NCBI GenBank assembly: GCA_903832035.1
Contig: CAILAD010000001.1
Location: 1 to 42,820, forward strand
Direction: 5' to 3'
Source of the DNA: an uncultured bacterium
Lineage (GTDB): Bacteria; Patescibacteriota; Saccharimonadia; CAILAD01; BJGX01
Length of the DNA stretch: 42,820 bases
Shown here: piece after piece, positions 25,466 through 33,268 of the stretch
Numbering within the stretch: the stretch's first letter is position 1
Layout of the letters: every line of letters starts with the position of its first letter
Translations under genes and position numbers: made by a program
Notes under the pieces: generated by a model
What the model was told of the DNA's origin: nothing
What the model saw: only the letters and a program-made list of their open reading frames with translations
The model's database searches: none

Positions 25466-26587
25466 CTAGGCAAGTTTATTTGACTTGAGGCTATAGTCTT
25501 TCATATTACTAATATTACGTAAAAAAAGTACCAACCAAGTAAATGTAAGGCTAAAGGCTATTAGTTCGAATGCAGTCTGGTTAAAGTAGCCTAGGGGTCT
25601 CCAGAGTGCAAAACTAGCAAAGAGAGATCCTAATAATACATATGAATTAACCATGAAAGTCTTGCTTAGACTTGGAATAAACCATCTTAGGCCAATCACT
25701 ATGATACTAAAACTGCAGATTAGGTTATAAGCAGAAATATTATGTAGTGACGGGTATACATTCCAAGGAAATAGTCCTACACCGGTTAAGCTTAAACTTA
25801 TCAGTACAAAAAGTACATTTACAACCCTAGTTTTATATGTGGCACTACTTTTTCGGCCCTTTATAATTACCTTTAGGTCACTAAGCATATAGTCTGCAAG
25901 GCAGAGCAGAAGAAAGCCAGACAGTATCATCGTGACATTGAAGGGTATGGCTGAGCGAGCACTGGTTGCTCCAAGACTAGAGAAATTTACCTGCCACCAT
26001 TGGGGGTTATTGGTTGTTACCATACTTATATAGGTACCACCTACTATAAATAAGATGAGTGCATTTACCACGCCTGTAGTCTTGAGATCGACTGAGGTGT
26101 TAATTACGATATATACGGTGAGGGCTGAAAATATACCAACAATTATAGAAGATGATAGGTCGGGCATCACAATTCCCTTGAAGGCCTCGTTAAAAGCGTA
26201 TATAGCTATAGCAGTCAGAACTAAAGAAATTATAGTGTAAGCTGTCGAAAGTGTAACGCAATTGAATAATAGCTTAGGCTTTTTTAAGTCTAACTTATCA
26301 ATACCACCTGAGTATCTCTGGCCCATCAAGAAACCGAAAATAAAACCCAGAAAAGTTATTACACCCGCATCTATCATTGCCGCTCCACCTATCGAGGGCC
26401 AGCCGGAAAGTCTCACATCACCATTATTTATGTAAAATATGATTAGCCATATTAGCGCCGTAAATCCACCGACCGGAAGCGCAAAATATAACGCTAGATT
26501 TTCAGCGAAACTTGATCTACTTTCATTTTTTTGGCTTTTGATAAATTTTTTAATCACCCAATAAGTATAATATGCATCCACTGCCAT
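25466..26587 (-). CDS. hypothetical large polytopic membrane protein (C-terminal half possibly DUF998-like)
   Basis: 373 aa with about 10 hydrophobic helices and no recognised catalytic motif. Confidence 0.75.
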   Translation of the reverse strand: MAVDAYYTYWVIKKFIKSQKNESRSSFAENLALYFALPVGGFTALIWLIIFYINNGDVRLSGWPSIGGAAMIDAGVITFLGFIFGFLMGQRYSGGIDKLDLKKPKLLFNCVTLSTAYTIISLVLTAIAIYAFNEAFKGIVMPDLSSSIIVGIFSALTVYIVINTSVDLKTTGVVNALILFIVGGTYISMVTTNNPQWWQVNFSSLGATSARSAIPFNVTMILSGFLLLCLADYMLSDLKVIIKGRKSSATYKTRVVNVLFVLISLSLTGVGLFPWNVYPSLHNISAYNLICSFSIIVIGLRWFIPSLSKTFMVNSYVLLGSLFASFALWRPLGYFNQTAFELIAFSLTFTWLVLFLRNISNMKDYSLKSNKLA

Positions 26588-26597
26588 TGCTATAAAT

Positions 26598-26619
26598 ACA
26601 AGCTAAGCTTGTTTTTTTA
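26598..26619 (+). terminator. orphan terminator-like hairpin plus T7 with no upstream + strand gene
   Basis: ACAAGC 26598-26603 / GCTTGT 26607-26612, then TTTTTTT 26613-26619. It sits in the divergent region 11 nt from the start codon of the minus-strand gene. Confidence 0.3.
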
Positions 26620-26687
26620 TGTATTTGGTACCATAATTATTCATTAGATATTGTACCTAGCATCTTCAGACAAAAGGAGCTTGTTCA

Positions 26688-27044
26688 GTGCTTTTTCATA
26701 GGGAAGATTGCTATAAGGTTGAATGGTCTGCAAAGCATGAAGTTTTCATCATGATGAGTATTGAGCACTACCGTTTAGCATGCTTTGATACTGAGTACCT
26801 GACCTTTTTTGAAGCTGTAGACCTTCTTCACAAAACAAAATTAATTTTCAGTACTAAAAGGATCGATGAATCAGGATTCATTGATAGCTCATCAAAGTCC
26901 GTAACTATTACAGAGACTGAAGTGGGCCTGAATCGGTTACTCACATCTCTATTTAGGGATCATCTCGGAGTAGATGATGTATCTAAAATTAGTGATATGG
27001 TGGATGACACTATAAGCAGTCTTATAGAAAGCGAAGTTCACTAG
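26688..27044 (+). CDS. hypothetical cytoplasmic protein (no recognised domain)
   Basis: 118 aa. GTG start with AGGAG at 26674-26678 and its own strong terminator. Acidic C-terminus. Confidence 0.6.
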   Translation: MLFHREDCYKVEWSAKHEVFIMMSIEHYRLACFDTEYLTFFEAVDLLHKTKLIFSTKRIDESGFIDSSSKSVTITETEVGLNRLLTSLFRDHLGVDDVSKISDMVDDTISSLIESEVH

Positions 27045-27068
27045 CCCTGGCACAGTCAGGGTTTTTTT
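27045..27068 (+). terminator. rho-independent terminator
   Basis: CCCTG 27045-27049 / CAGGG 27057-27061, followed by TTTTTTT 27062-27068. Confidence 0.7.
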
Positions 27069-27108
27069 ATTTCAAGAATCATAAGTTTCTAAGAAGCTGT
27101 AAGAGTAG

Positions 27109-27114
27109 TACAAT
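27109..27114 (+). promoter_or_regulatory. -10 box TACAAT placed for a leaderless ATPase transcript
   Basis: TACAAT 27109-27114. ATG 27122 follows after 7 nt with no SD. Confidence 0.35.
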
Positions 27115-27121
27115 TATAGAT

Positions 27122-29488
27122 ATGAAAAAATCTATAGCCACCGCTGTCATAAAGGACGTAGGTCCAATATTAAGAAGAAATATTCTGTCTCTGGTCGTTA
27201 TAATTATTGGCGGACTGTCCCTTCTCTTGATGTATCTTGGAGATACTAGGGATGGTGCATTCCTTGGTGGCGTAATTGTAATTAATATTATAGTTGGTAT
27301 CGTCCAGGAATTTAGATCTAGGATTGCCTTAGAAAGGTTGCAGGCTACTGCAGCTGAGCTTTATTCGGTGTCCTGTGCCGGTGAAGAAGTAAAAAAATAC
27401 TCTGAAGAAATAGAATTAGGTGACATTGTTTATCTTAAGCTAGGAGATCAGGTACCGATTGACGGGGAGGTTATATCTTCAGAAGGTTGCGAGTGTAATG
27501 AGGCAATTTTAACAGGTGAATCCATCAACATCGAAAAGAAACAAGGCGATAAGATGCTTGCAGGCAGTATTATTGTTGCGGGCGCAGTAGAATTGAGGAC
27601 TATAAAGAGAGCCAACGAAAGCTATATGTATACCATGACCGAGGACCTTAAGCTTTATAAAAAATCTCTTTCACCAATTCAAAGTAGTATTCTAAGATTT
27701 ATCCAGCTAATGGTTTTAATACTGGCCGGACTTTCTGTAATTATCTTAATTAGGGGGGCCTTATCTGGAGATAGTTTTAGGTCTGCAATAATTCAGATAG
27801 CATCAGTTGCGGCTACAATAATACCCGAGGGGCTGCTACTAGCTAGTACAGCCTTTTTTGTATATGGAGCAATTAGAATAGCAACTAAAAAAGTATTACT
27901 TCAGCAGGTTAATGCGATAGAGAGCTTGGGTAGAATGTCTGTAGTATGTATAGATAAGACAGGTACCCTGACCGAGAATGATCCTACATATAGCCAAACT
28001 CTGCTTTATTTGGACAACCCCGAGTCTAAAAAACTTGGGATACTAGTTAATACCTATCTGACTAGTGAGACGGCGCCAACTACAACCACTAAGTCACTCC
28101 TAGCTGCCTTCTCAAGCTTCAAGGGCTTGTCAGTAAGTGAAAAGCTAAGCTTTTCGTCTACTCGCAAATATGGAGCTGCGAGGATACAGAAAGATAGTTC
28201 AATTATTGTCGTTGGGGCAGGCGATAACTTTTTAAATTTACTTAGTCATGAAGAAAAAAAATGGGTGATTGATAATGTTTCTGAATATTCCAATCAAGCA
28301 AAAAGAGTTTTATTTATCGGAATGGCTAAATCGGGCGAGCTCAACGACATAAAAAGCTTCAAATCCCTTAGGGTTGTCGGCCTAGTTGTTCTTGATAACC
28401 CACTTAAGCAAGGCGTTAAAAAAACTATAAGCTTTCTACAGGAAAGAGGAGTTCAGGTGGTAGTTATATCTGGAGATAATTCAAAAACAGTTAGTGCAAT
28501 TGCCGAACAAGCTGGAATAATACATGGCGGTAAGGTTGTTACTGGTAAGGCTCTAGATATGCTAGATGATCAGGAGTTAGTAGAGGTTATCTATAGTAGA
28601 CCAATCTTCGCGAGAATATTACCGAATCAGAAAGAAAGAATCGTTAAGGCATGCCAGTCGGCTAACCACTTAACTGCGATGATAGGGGATGGTGCGAATG
28701 ATGCTTTAGCTATAAAGCAAGCTGATATAGGGATAGCTATGTTTGCCGGAGCCCCAGCAAGTCGACAGATAGCGGACGCAGTTCTTTTAAATAATTCATT
28801 CTCATCTGTCCCTGACGGCGTAAAATTATCTGACAGTCTAATTACTACCCTGGAAATGATTGCCAGTTTGTTTTTCAGCAGGGTCTGGACTGGAGTACTG
28901 CTCGTTCTTGGATCGACTCTACTTAATATCAATTATCCCTTTTCCCCAAGAAATATAACCCTACTTAATCTATTTATTGTGGCCTTTCCGTTAGCACTCT
29001 GGACCGCTTGGCCGCGGCACCGAGGTAGAAGTATAAAAGAAGATAGTTTTTTAGTCAGGACTCTGCCATTCTCTGTGCTTAACTCAATAATTATTTCTAT
29101 TTTTACCCTAGCGGCGTATGCCTTTGCAGTTAGTTATGCAGGACTAGATACTAGCGCCTCCCAAATGTTTGCCTATATCAGTTTCTTTATCATGAGTATT
29201 TTTACAATTAGTATCATACCTACAGCCTTGCGAGTTGATAAAAATATTGGCCAACAATTACTTATCTGGCTGTTTTACGCCATCGTTGCATTATTAGTTT
29301 TATTTATACTTAACGTAACTACTCTAGCAAACTTCTTCAGTCTCGAAAAGTTAGATAATACAGCAACGCTACTGGCCGTGCTCGTAGGTTTTATTGGCGC
29401 AATAGTCCAGCAAATTTTAGCATCGCTAGGAACTGGATATATACTTTGGTCGAAAATATTTAGGAATAAAAAAACCCGTATCTCATAA
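27122..29488 (+). CDS. cation-transporting P-type ATPase (P2-like; PEGL motif)
   Basis: 788 aa. LTGES, IIPEGLLL, CIDKTGTLTEN, MIGDGANDALAIKQADIGIAM. No CPx motif and no metal-binding domain. Confidence 0.9.
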   Translation: MKKSIATAVIKDVGPILRRNILSLVVIIIGGLSLLLMYLGDTRDGAFLGGVIVINIIVGIVQEFRSRIALERLQATAAELYSVSCAGEEVKKYSEEIELGDIVYLKLGDQVPIDGEVISSEGCECNEAILTGESINIEKKQGDKMLAGSIIVAGAVELRTIKRANESYMYTMTEDLKLYKKSLSPIQSSILRFIQLMVLILAGLSVIILIRGALSGDSFRSAIIQIASVAATIIPEGLLLASTAFFVYGAIRIATKKVLLQQVNAIESLGRMSVVCIDKTGTLTENDPTYSQTLLYLDNPESKKLGILVNTYLTSETAPTTTTKSLLAAFSSFKGLSVSEKLSFSSTRKYGAARIQKDSSIIVVGAGDNFLNLLSHEEKKWVIDNVSEYSNQAKRVLFIGMAKSGELNDIKSFKSLRVVGLVVLDNPLKQGVKKTISFLQERGVQVVVISGDNSKTVSAIAEQAGIIHGGKVVTGKALDMLDDQELVEVIYSRPIFARILPNQKERIVKACQSANHLTAMIGDGANDALAIKQADIGIAMFAGAPASRQIADAVLLNNSFSSVPDGVKLSDSLITTLEMIASLFFSRVWTGVLLVLGSTLLNINYPFSPRNITLLNLFIVAFPLALWTAWPRHRGRSIKEDSFLVRTLPFSVLNSIIISIFTLAAYAFAVSYAGLDTSASQMFAYISFFIMSIFTISIIPTALRVDKNIGQQLLIWLFYAIVALLVLFILNVTTLANFFSLEKLDNTATLLAVLVGFIGAIVQQILASLGTGYILWSKIFRNKKTRIS

Positions 29489-29498
29489 AGATACGGGT
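29468..29498 (-). terminator. hairpin that reads as a rho-independent terminator on the minus strand
   Basis: 10-bp stem ACCCGTATCT 29474-29483 / AGATACGGGT 29489-29498. The A7 tract 29468-29474 gives a U-run only on the minus strand. The loop contains the ATPase stop codon. Confidence 0.55.
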
Positions 29499-29506
29499 GT
29501 GAATAT

Positions 29507-29692
29507 TTAGTACCCAGCCCTCTTGAGGTGTATATCGACTATGTCGAGCCTACTTTGCTCAAACCTGTACATCTGGTAAACATTCTGCTCTGCAGTTCTG
29601 GCACTCTTTTTTCCGTTAGGAATAAAAAGATGAGCAATATGACGCAAGGTACTAAACGCGGTACTAGCGCTTTTTACTGGTTTTGAAACCAA
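29507..29692 (-). CDS. hypothetical 61-aa protein, possibly a gene relic
   Basis: TTG start with GGAG 4 nt upstream and a terminator 8 nt after the stop. The TLRHIAHLF...G...R...VYQMY pattern resembles the C-terminal R-H...Y region of tyrosine recombinases, but only weakly. Confidence 0.35.
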   Translation of the reverse strand: MVSKPVKSASTAFSTLRHIAHLFIPNGKKSARTAEQNVYQMYRFEQSRLDIVDIHLKRAGY

Positions 29693-29783
29693 TTTTCTCC
29701 ATTCCTAGACTAGAAGAATTACAATCTTATCAGGAAATATACGTTGAGTCAATAATACTGCTAGGGTAGTAAGCAATAGCTTA

Positions 29784-31640
29784 ATGTATAATAACTATAT
29801 GATAAATTTAAAAAATAGTTTTATAAAGAATTACGGCTGGCTAAGTTTTGTAAGCCTAGGTTTGGCTATTAGCTTTTCCCTGTACCTTACTGGATACGTT
29901 AGGGCTAGTGAGTGGATTCTAATTGTGCTGTGCGGAATCGGCATAATACCAGAGATAGTATCGATAGTAAAAGACCTTCTGAGCAAAAAATTCGGCGTAG
30001 ATCTAATTGCCGTCGTTGCTATACTAGCCTCCTTGGTGCTCAAGGAATACGCCGCAGCAGGCGTGATACTACTAATGTTTACTGGTGGAGCTGCACTTGA
30101 ACAGTACGCTAAGGCCAGGGCGCAGAAAGAACTCAGTAGTTTACTGAGGCGAGCCCCCCGTATAGCACACGTTTTGAGAGGCGGAGATTTTATAAATGTT
30201 TCAGTTGATAAGGTTGAGCCCAGGGATGTCTTGCTTGTTAAGCCAGGAGAAACAGTCCCTGTCGATGCCGTAATTATAAAAGGTCAGAGTAGTTTTGATG
30301 AATCTGCAATCACGGGCGAGAGTATGCCCTTAGATAAAAAGAAGAATGATGAAATTTTGTCTGGTACTATTAACCAAGATTCACCTGTCGAGATAAGAGC
30401 TCTCCGAAGCAGTGCTAAATCGCAATATGAGCAGATAGTACTGTTAGTTAAGTCCGCCGCTTCCTCTAAGTCGCCGATGGTTAGGTTGGCAGATGCATAT
30501 AGTATTCCCTTCACATTAATAGCATTCGGGCTATCTGCCGCTGCGTGGCTACTTTCCGGAGACCCAATAAGAGCACTCTCTGTATTAGTTGTGGCCACCC
30601 CCTGCCCCTTACTTATAGCTACACCAGTAGCTATAGTGTCAGGTATGAGCAGGGCGGCGCGAGACGGAATAATCATTAAGGATGGGGTAAGTTTAGAAAA
30701 ATTAGCCATACTTCAGGCTCTAGCGTTTGATAAGACTGGGACTCTCACTCAAAATAAGCCAACAATTACAGCCATAACACCATATGGAATAACAAAAAAA
30801 CAACTACTTTCATTAGCTGCCTCTCTGGAGGTAGAGAGCACTCATGCGCTCGCAGGAATAGTTGTTAATGAAGCTAGAAGACAGAAACTGAAGCTTCATA
30901 AGACAACTCAACTTCATGAGATTCTGGGGGGAGGGATTCGAGCAGTTGTTAATGCGGACGATGTATATATAGGTAAACTAGATTTTCTAAAAAACAATGG
31001 TACAACGATACCTGCCTCATTAAAAAATATTGAAGCTACAGCTATTTACGTTGCCAGGAATAAAAAATTCCTCGGAGTAATTGAATTATCTGACCCGGTT
31101 CGAACCAATGCCTCATCCACCTTAAGCAAACTTCGCAGCCTAGGGATTACAAAAACTCTCATACTAACTGGAGATAAACTATCTGTGGCAAGAACTATTG
31201 CCCAAAAGATTGGTATAACTGATATTCATGCAAGCCTATTACCAGCCGATAAATTAGATATTATAAAAGATCATTCTAAGAGGGGTGAAGTTATTGGTAT
31301 GGTTGGTGATGGGGTTAATGACGCTCCGGTCCTAGCGGCTTCTGATGTGGGGATAGCCCTAGGCGCAAAAGGTTCAACAGCTGCATCTGAATCTGCTGAT
31401 GTAGTAATTATGCTGGATGACATTAGCAGGGTTGCAGACGCCGTGTCTATCGCAAAGCGAAGTGTTAATATAGCCAAACAAAGCATTTTCATAGGAATTG
31501 GTTTGAGTATAATTCTCATGATTTTCGCTAGCTTAGGTGACATTTCCCCGCTGTATGGCGCACTTCTCCAGGAATTAGTTGATGTCGCAGTTATTATAAA
31601 TGCATTAAGGGCCCATGGTGGTAAGATAGCCAAACTTTAG
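29784..31640 (+). CDS. heavy-metal-translocating P1B-type ATPase with TPCP transmembrane motif and no N-terminal metal-binding domain
   Basis: 618 aa. Four N-terminal helices, ITGES, VVATPCPLLIATP, AFDKTGTLTQN, MVGDGVNDAPVLAASDVGIALG. The true start may be ATG 29799. Confidence 0.9.
   Translation: MYNNYMINLKNSFIKNYGWLSFVSLGLAISFSLYLTGYVRASEWILIVLCGIGIIPEIVSIVKDLLSKKFGVDLIAVVAILASLVLKEYAAAGVILLMFTGGAALEQYAKARAQKELSSLLRRAPRIAHVLRGGDFINVSVDKVEPRDVLLVKPGETVPVDAVIIKGQSSFDESAITGESMPLDKKKNDEILSGTINQDSPVEIRALRSSAKSQYEQIVLLVKSAASSKSPMVRLADAYSIPFTLIAFGLSAAAWLLSGDPIRALSVLVVATPCPLLIATPVAIVSGMSRAARDGIIIKDGVSLEKLAILQALAFDKTGTLTQNKPTITAITPYGITKKQLLSLAASLEVESTHALAGIVVNEARRQKLKLHKTTQLHEILGGGIRAVVNADDVYIGKLDFLKNNGTTIPASLKNIEATAIYVARNKKFLGVIELSDPVRTNASSTLSKLRSLGITKTLILTGDKLSVARTIAQKIGITDIHASLLPADKLDIIKDHSKRGEVIGMVGDGVNDAPVLAASDVGIALGAKGSTAASESADVVIMLDDISRVADAVSIAKRSVNIAKQSIFIGIGLSIILMIFASLGDISPLYGALLQELVDVAVIINALRAHGGKIAKL
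29785..29792 (+). promoter_or_regulatory. extended -10 element TGTATAAT overlapping the first ATG of the P1B ATPase ORF
   Basis: TG 29785-29786, TATAAT 29787-29792. The second in-frame ATG at 29799 lies 6 nt downstream, suggesting a leaderless start there. Confidence 0.4.
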
Positions 31641-31705
31641 TTTGCATTTTGGCTATGCTTAAAAGATAATATTATTGGTAATTAAAACAATGGAGATTGA
31701 ATTAT

Positions 31706-32113
31706 ATGATTGGATTTATAATAAATAATTGGCTCAGTATATTGCTATCCTCGTCGGCAGGTATCATTGTGTCAGCACTGTGGTACTCAGATTATCTTTT
31801 CGGAAAAGAATGGCGTAACTTAGCGAAGCTAAAAAATACCGAAGACTTAAAGTCACCCGTTAACTTGTTAATAATGCTTTTAGTAATTTTTATTACAGCT
31901 TTGGTGCTCAAGCGTTTTATTATAATATCCAATCCTCTAGATTATATTAGTGCCATCAAGTTAGCTATATGGCTTTGGCTAGGATTTGTAGCTACATATG
32001 CTGTTGGTGAATTTATATCGGAGAAGAGACCCATGAAACTGCTAGCCATAGATGTTTCAAATAGCTTAGTTGTACTAGTAATAATGTCTGTTATTTTATA
32101 TAGAATTAATTGA
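31706..32113 (+). CDS. DUF1761-like small polytopic membrane protein (paralog 2)
   Basis: GGAG 31692-31695 lies 10 nt before ATG 31706; the track start TTG 31697 is too close to the RBS. ALWYSDYLFGKEWRNL motif. LVLKRFIIISNP...AIKLAIWLWLGF aligns with the first copy. Confidence 0.7.
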   Translation: MIGFIINNWLSILLSSSAGIIVSALWYSDYLFGKEWRNLAKLKNTEDLKSPVNLLIMLLVIFITALVLKRFIIISNPLDYISAIKLAIWLWLGFVATYAVGEFISEKRPMKLLAIDVSNSLVVLVIMSVILYRIN

Positions 32114-32202
32114 TTTAGTCCACGGCGGTTATTATGTGTCTATTTGAAATTTTAAACATTTGCGTATATGCATTATGTCCAGGTAATTATTAGCGTTCTA
32201 TC

Positions 32203-32211
32203 TGTTATAAT
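32203..32211 (+). promoter_or_regulatory. extended -10 element TGTTATAAT placed for a leaderless xth transcript
   Basis: TG 32203-32204, TATAAT 32206-32211. ATG 32218 follows after 6 nt with no SD. Confidence 0.5.
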
Positions 32212-32217
32212 CCTACT

Positions 32218-33021
32218 ATGAGTAAAATCAAATTATTTTCTTGGAATGTTAATGGAATTAGGGCTGTTATAAAAAAAGGCGAACTCCAGAGCTTTATAAA
32301 AAATTACGACCCAGATATAATTTGTATACAAGAGACGAAAGCCAAGCGTGATCAGGTCGACATAGTCCTACCTGACTATGATGAATATTGGAATTCTGCT
32401 TCTAGGCCAGGCTATAGTGGTACCGCTATATTCTCAAAAATTAAACCCATACAGGTTGTTAATGGCTTACCTCAAAAAATTGTGGATAAATACGATATGG
32501 AGGACCAATACGGACACCCCAATGAAGAAGGTAGGGTAATGATGGCTGAGTACGAAGATTTTTATCTTGTTACGGTTTACACACCAAACTCCAAAGATGA
32601 TTTAGCTCGTATACCACTTCGGCACAAACACTGGGATCCGGCTTTTTTGGAGTACTGTAAGGACCTAGAGTCTGTGAAACCTGTAGTTTTTTGTGGCGAC
32701 CTCAACGTAGCACATACAGAAGAAGATCTGGCTAGACCAAAACCAAATATTGGCAGAAAGGGTTTTACTATCGAGGAAAGAGAGGGCTTCTCTAATTTCA
32801 TAAGTTCTGGATTTGTTGATAGTTTTAGGCTATTTCATGAAGGTAATGGATATTATACCTGGTGGTCGCATTGGGGTAATGCCCGGGCTAACAATGTGGG
32901 GTGGAGAATAGATTACATATTGGTATCTAAGAGCATCAGTAGTCACGTCAAAACTGCTGAAATATACAAAAAGCAACTTGGCTCTGATCACTGCCCAATC
33001 AGTATAACCCTTGAAATATAA
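32218..33021 (+). CDS. xth: exodeoxyribonuclease III
   Basis: 267 aa. LFSWNVNGIRA, ICIQETK, GDLNVAH, WRIDYILVS and SDHCPI motifs of the ExoIII/APE1 family. Confidence 0.95.
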   Translation: MSKIKLFSWNVNGIRAVIKKGELQSFIKNYDPDIICIQETKAKRDQVDIVLPDYDEYWNSASRPGYSGTAIFSKIKPIQVVNGLPQKIVDKYDMEDQYGHPNEEGRVMMAEYEDFYLVTVYTPNSKDDLARIPLRHKHWDPAFLEYCKDLESVKPVVFCGDLNVAHTEEDLARPKPNIGRKGFTIEEREGFSNFISSGFVDSFRLFHEGNGYYTWWSHWGNARANNVGWRIDYILVSKSISSHVKTAEIYKKQLGSDHCPISITLEI

Positions 33022-33039
33022 TATAATATAAGGTAAAAT
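33011..33039 (+). promoter_or_regulatory. sigma70-type promoter of rpmG
   Basis: TTGAAA 33011-33016, 17-nt spacer, TAAAAT 33034-33039. ATG 33050 lies 10 nt downstream with no SD. Confidence 0.5.
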
Positions 33040-33049
33040 AACTTTCATT

Positions 33050-33223
33050 ATGTCGAAGAAAACCCAAGAACAAATTGTAATACTAAAAAATAAGTCTACA
33101 GGAAGCAGATATTTTACCCGAAAAAATCCTAAGAATACTGTGGATAAATTAGAGTTGAAAAAATTTGATCCAAAAACTCGCAAGGTAGAAACTTTCGTAG
33201 AGGTGAAGGCTAAGCTCAAATAG
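33050..33223 (+). CDS. rpmG: 50S ribosomal protein L33
   Basis: 57-aa ORF absent from the supplied track: MSKKTQEQIVILKNKSTGSRYFTRKNPKNTVDKLELKKFDPKTRKVETFVEVKAKLK. Translated by hand to the TAG at 33221-33223. Confidence 0.9.
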   Translation: MSKKTQEQIVILKNKSTGSRYFTRKNPKNTVDKLELKKFDPKTRKVETFVEVKAKLK

Positions 33224-33252
33224 CTATTTAGGTAGCAACATTTATAAGTACT

Positions 33253-33261
33253 TGATACAAT
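33253..33261 (+). promoter_or_regulatory. extended -10 element TGATACAAT placed for a leaderless dsbA-like transcript
   Basis: TG 33253-33254, TACAAT 33256-33261. ATG 33269 follows after 7 nt with no SD. Confidence 0.45.
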
Positions 33262-33268
33262 AAGTCTT

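Noticed and set aside
31626-31656. 9-bp hairpin (ATAGCCAAA / TTTGGCTAT) spanning the P1B ATPase stop codon, considered as a terminator
   Set aside because: It has a 13-nt loop and no downstream T-run, and the DUF1761-like gene follows with its own RBS. It may be an attenuating structure, but the support for calling it a terminator is insufficient.
32209-32216. Possible attR: AATCCTAC matching the T-arm of tRNA-Gln at the far end of the putative island
   Set aside because: The exact match is only 8 nt (11 of 14 with its flanks), and it overlaps the xth -10 box and start region. This is too short to distinguish from chance.
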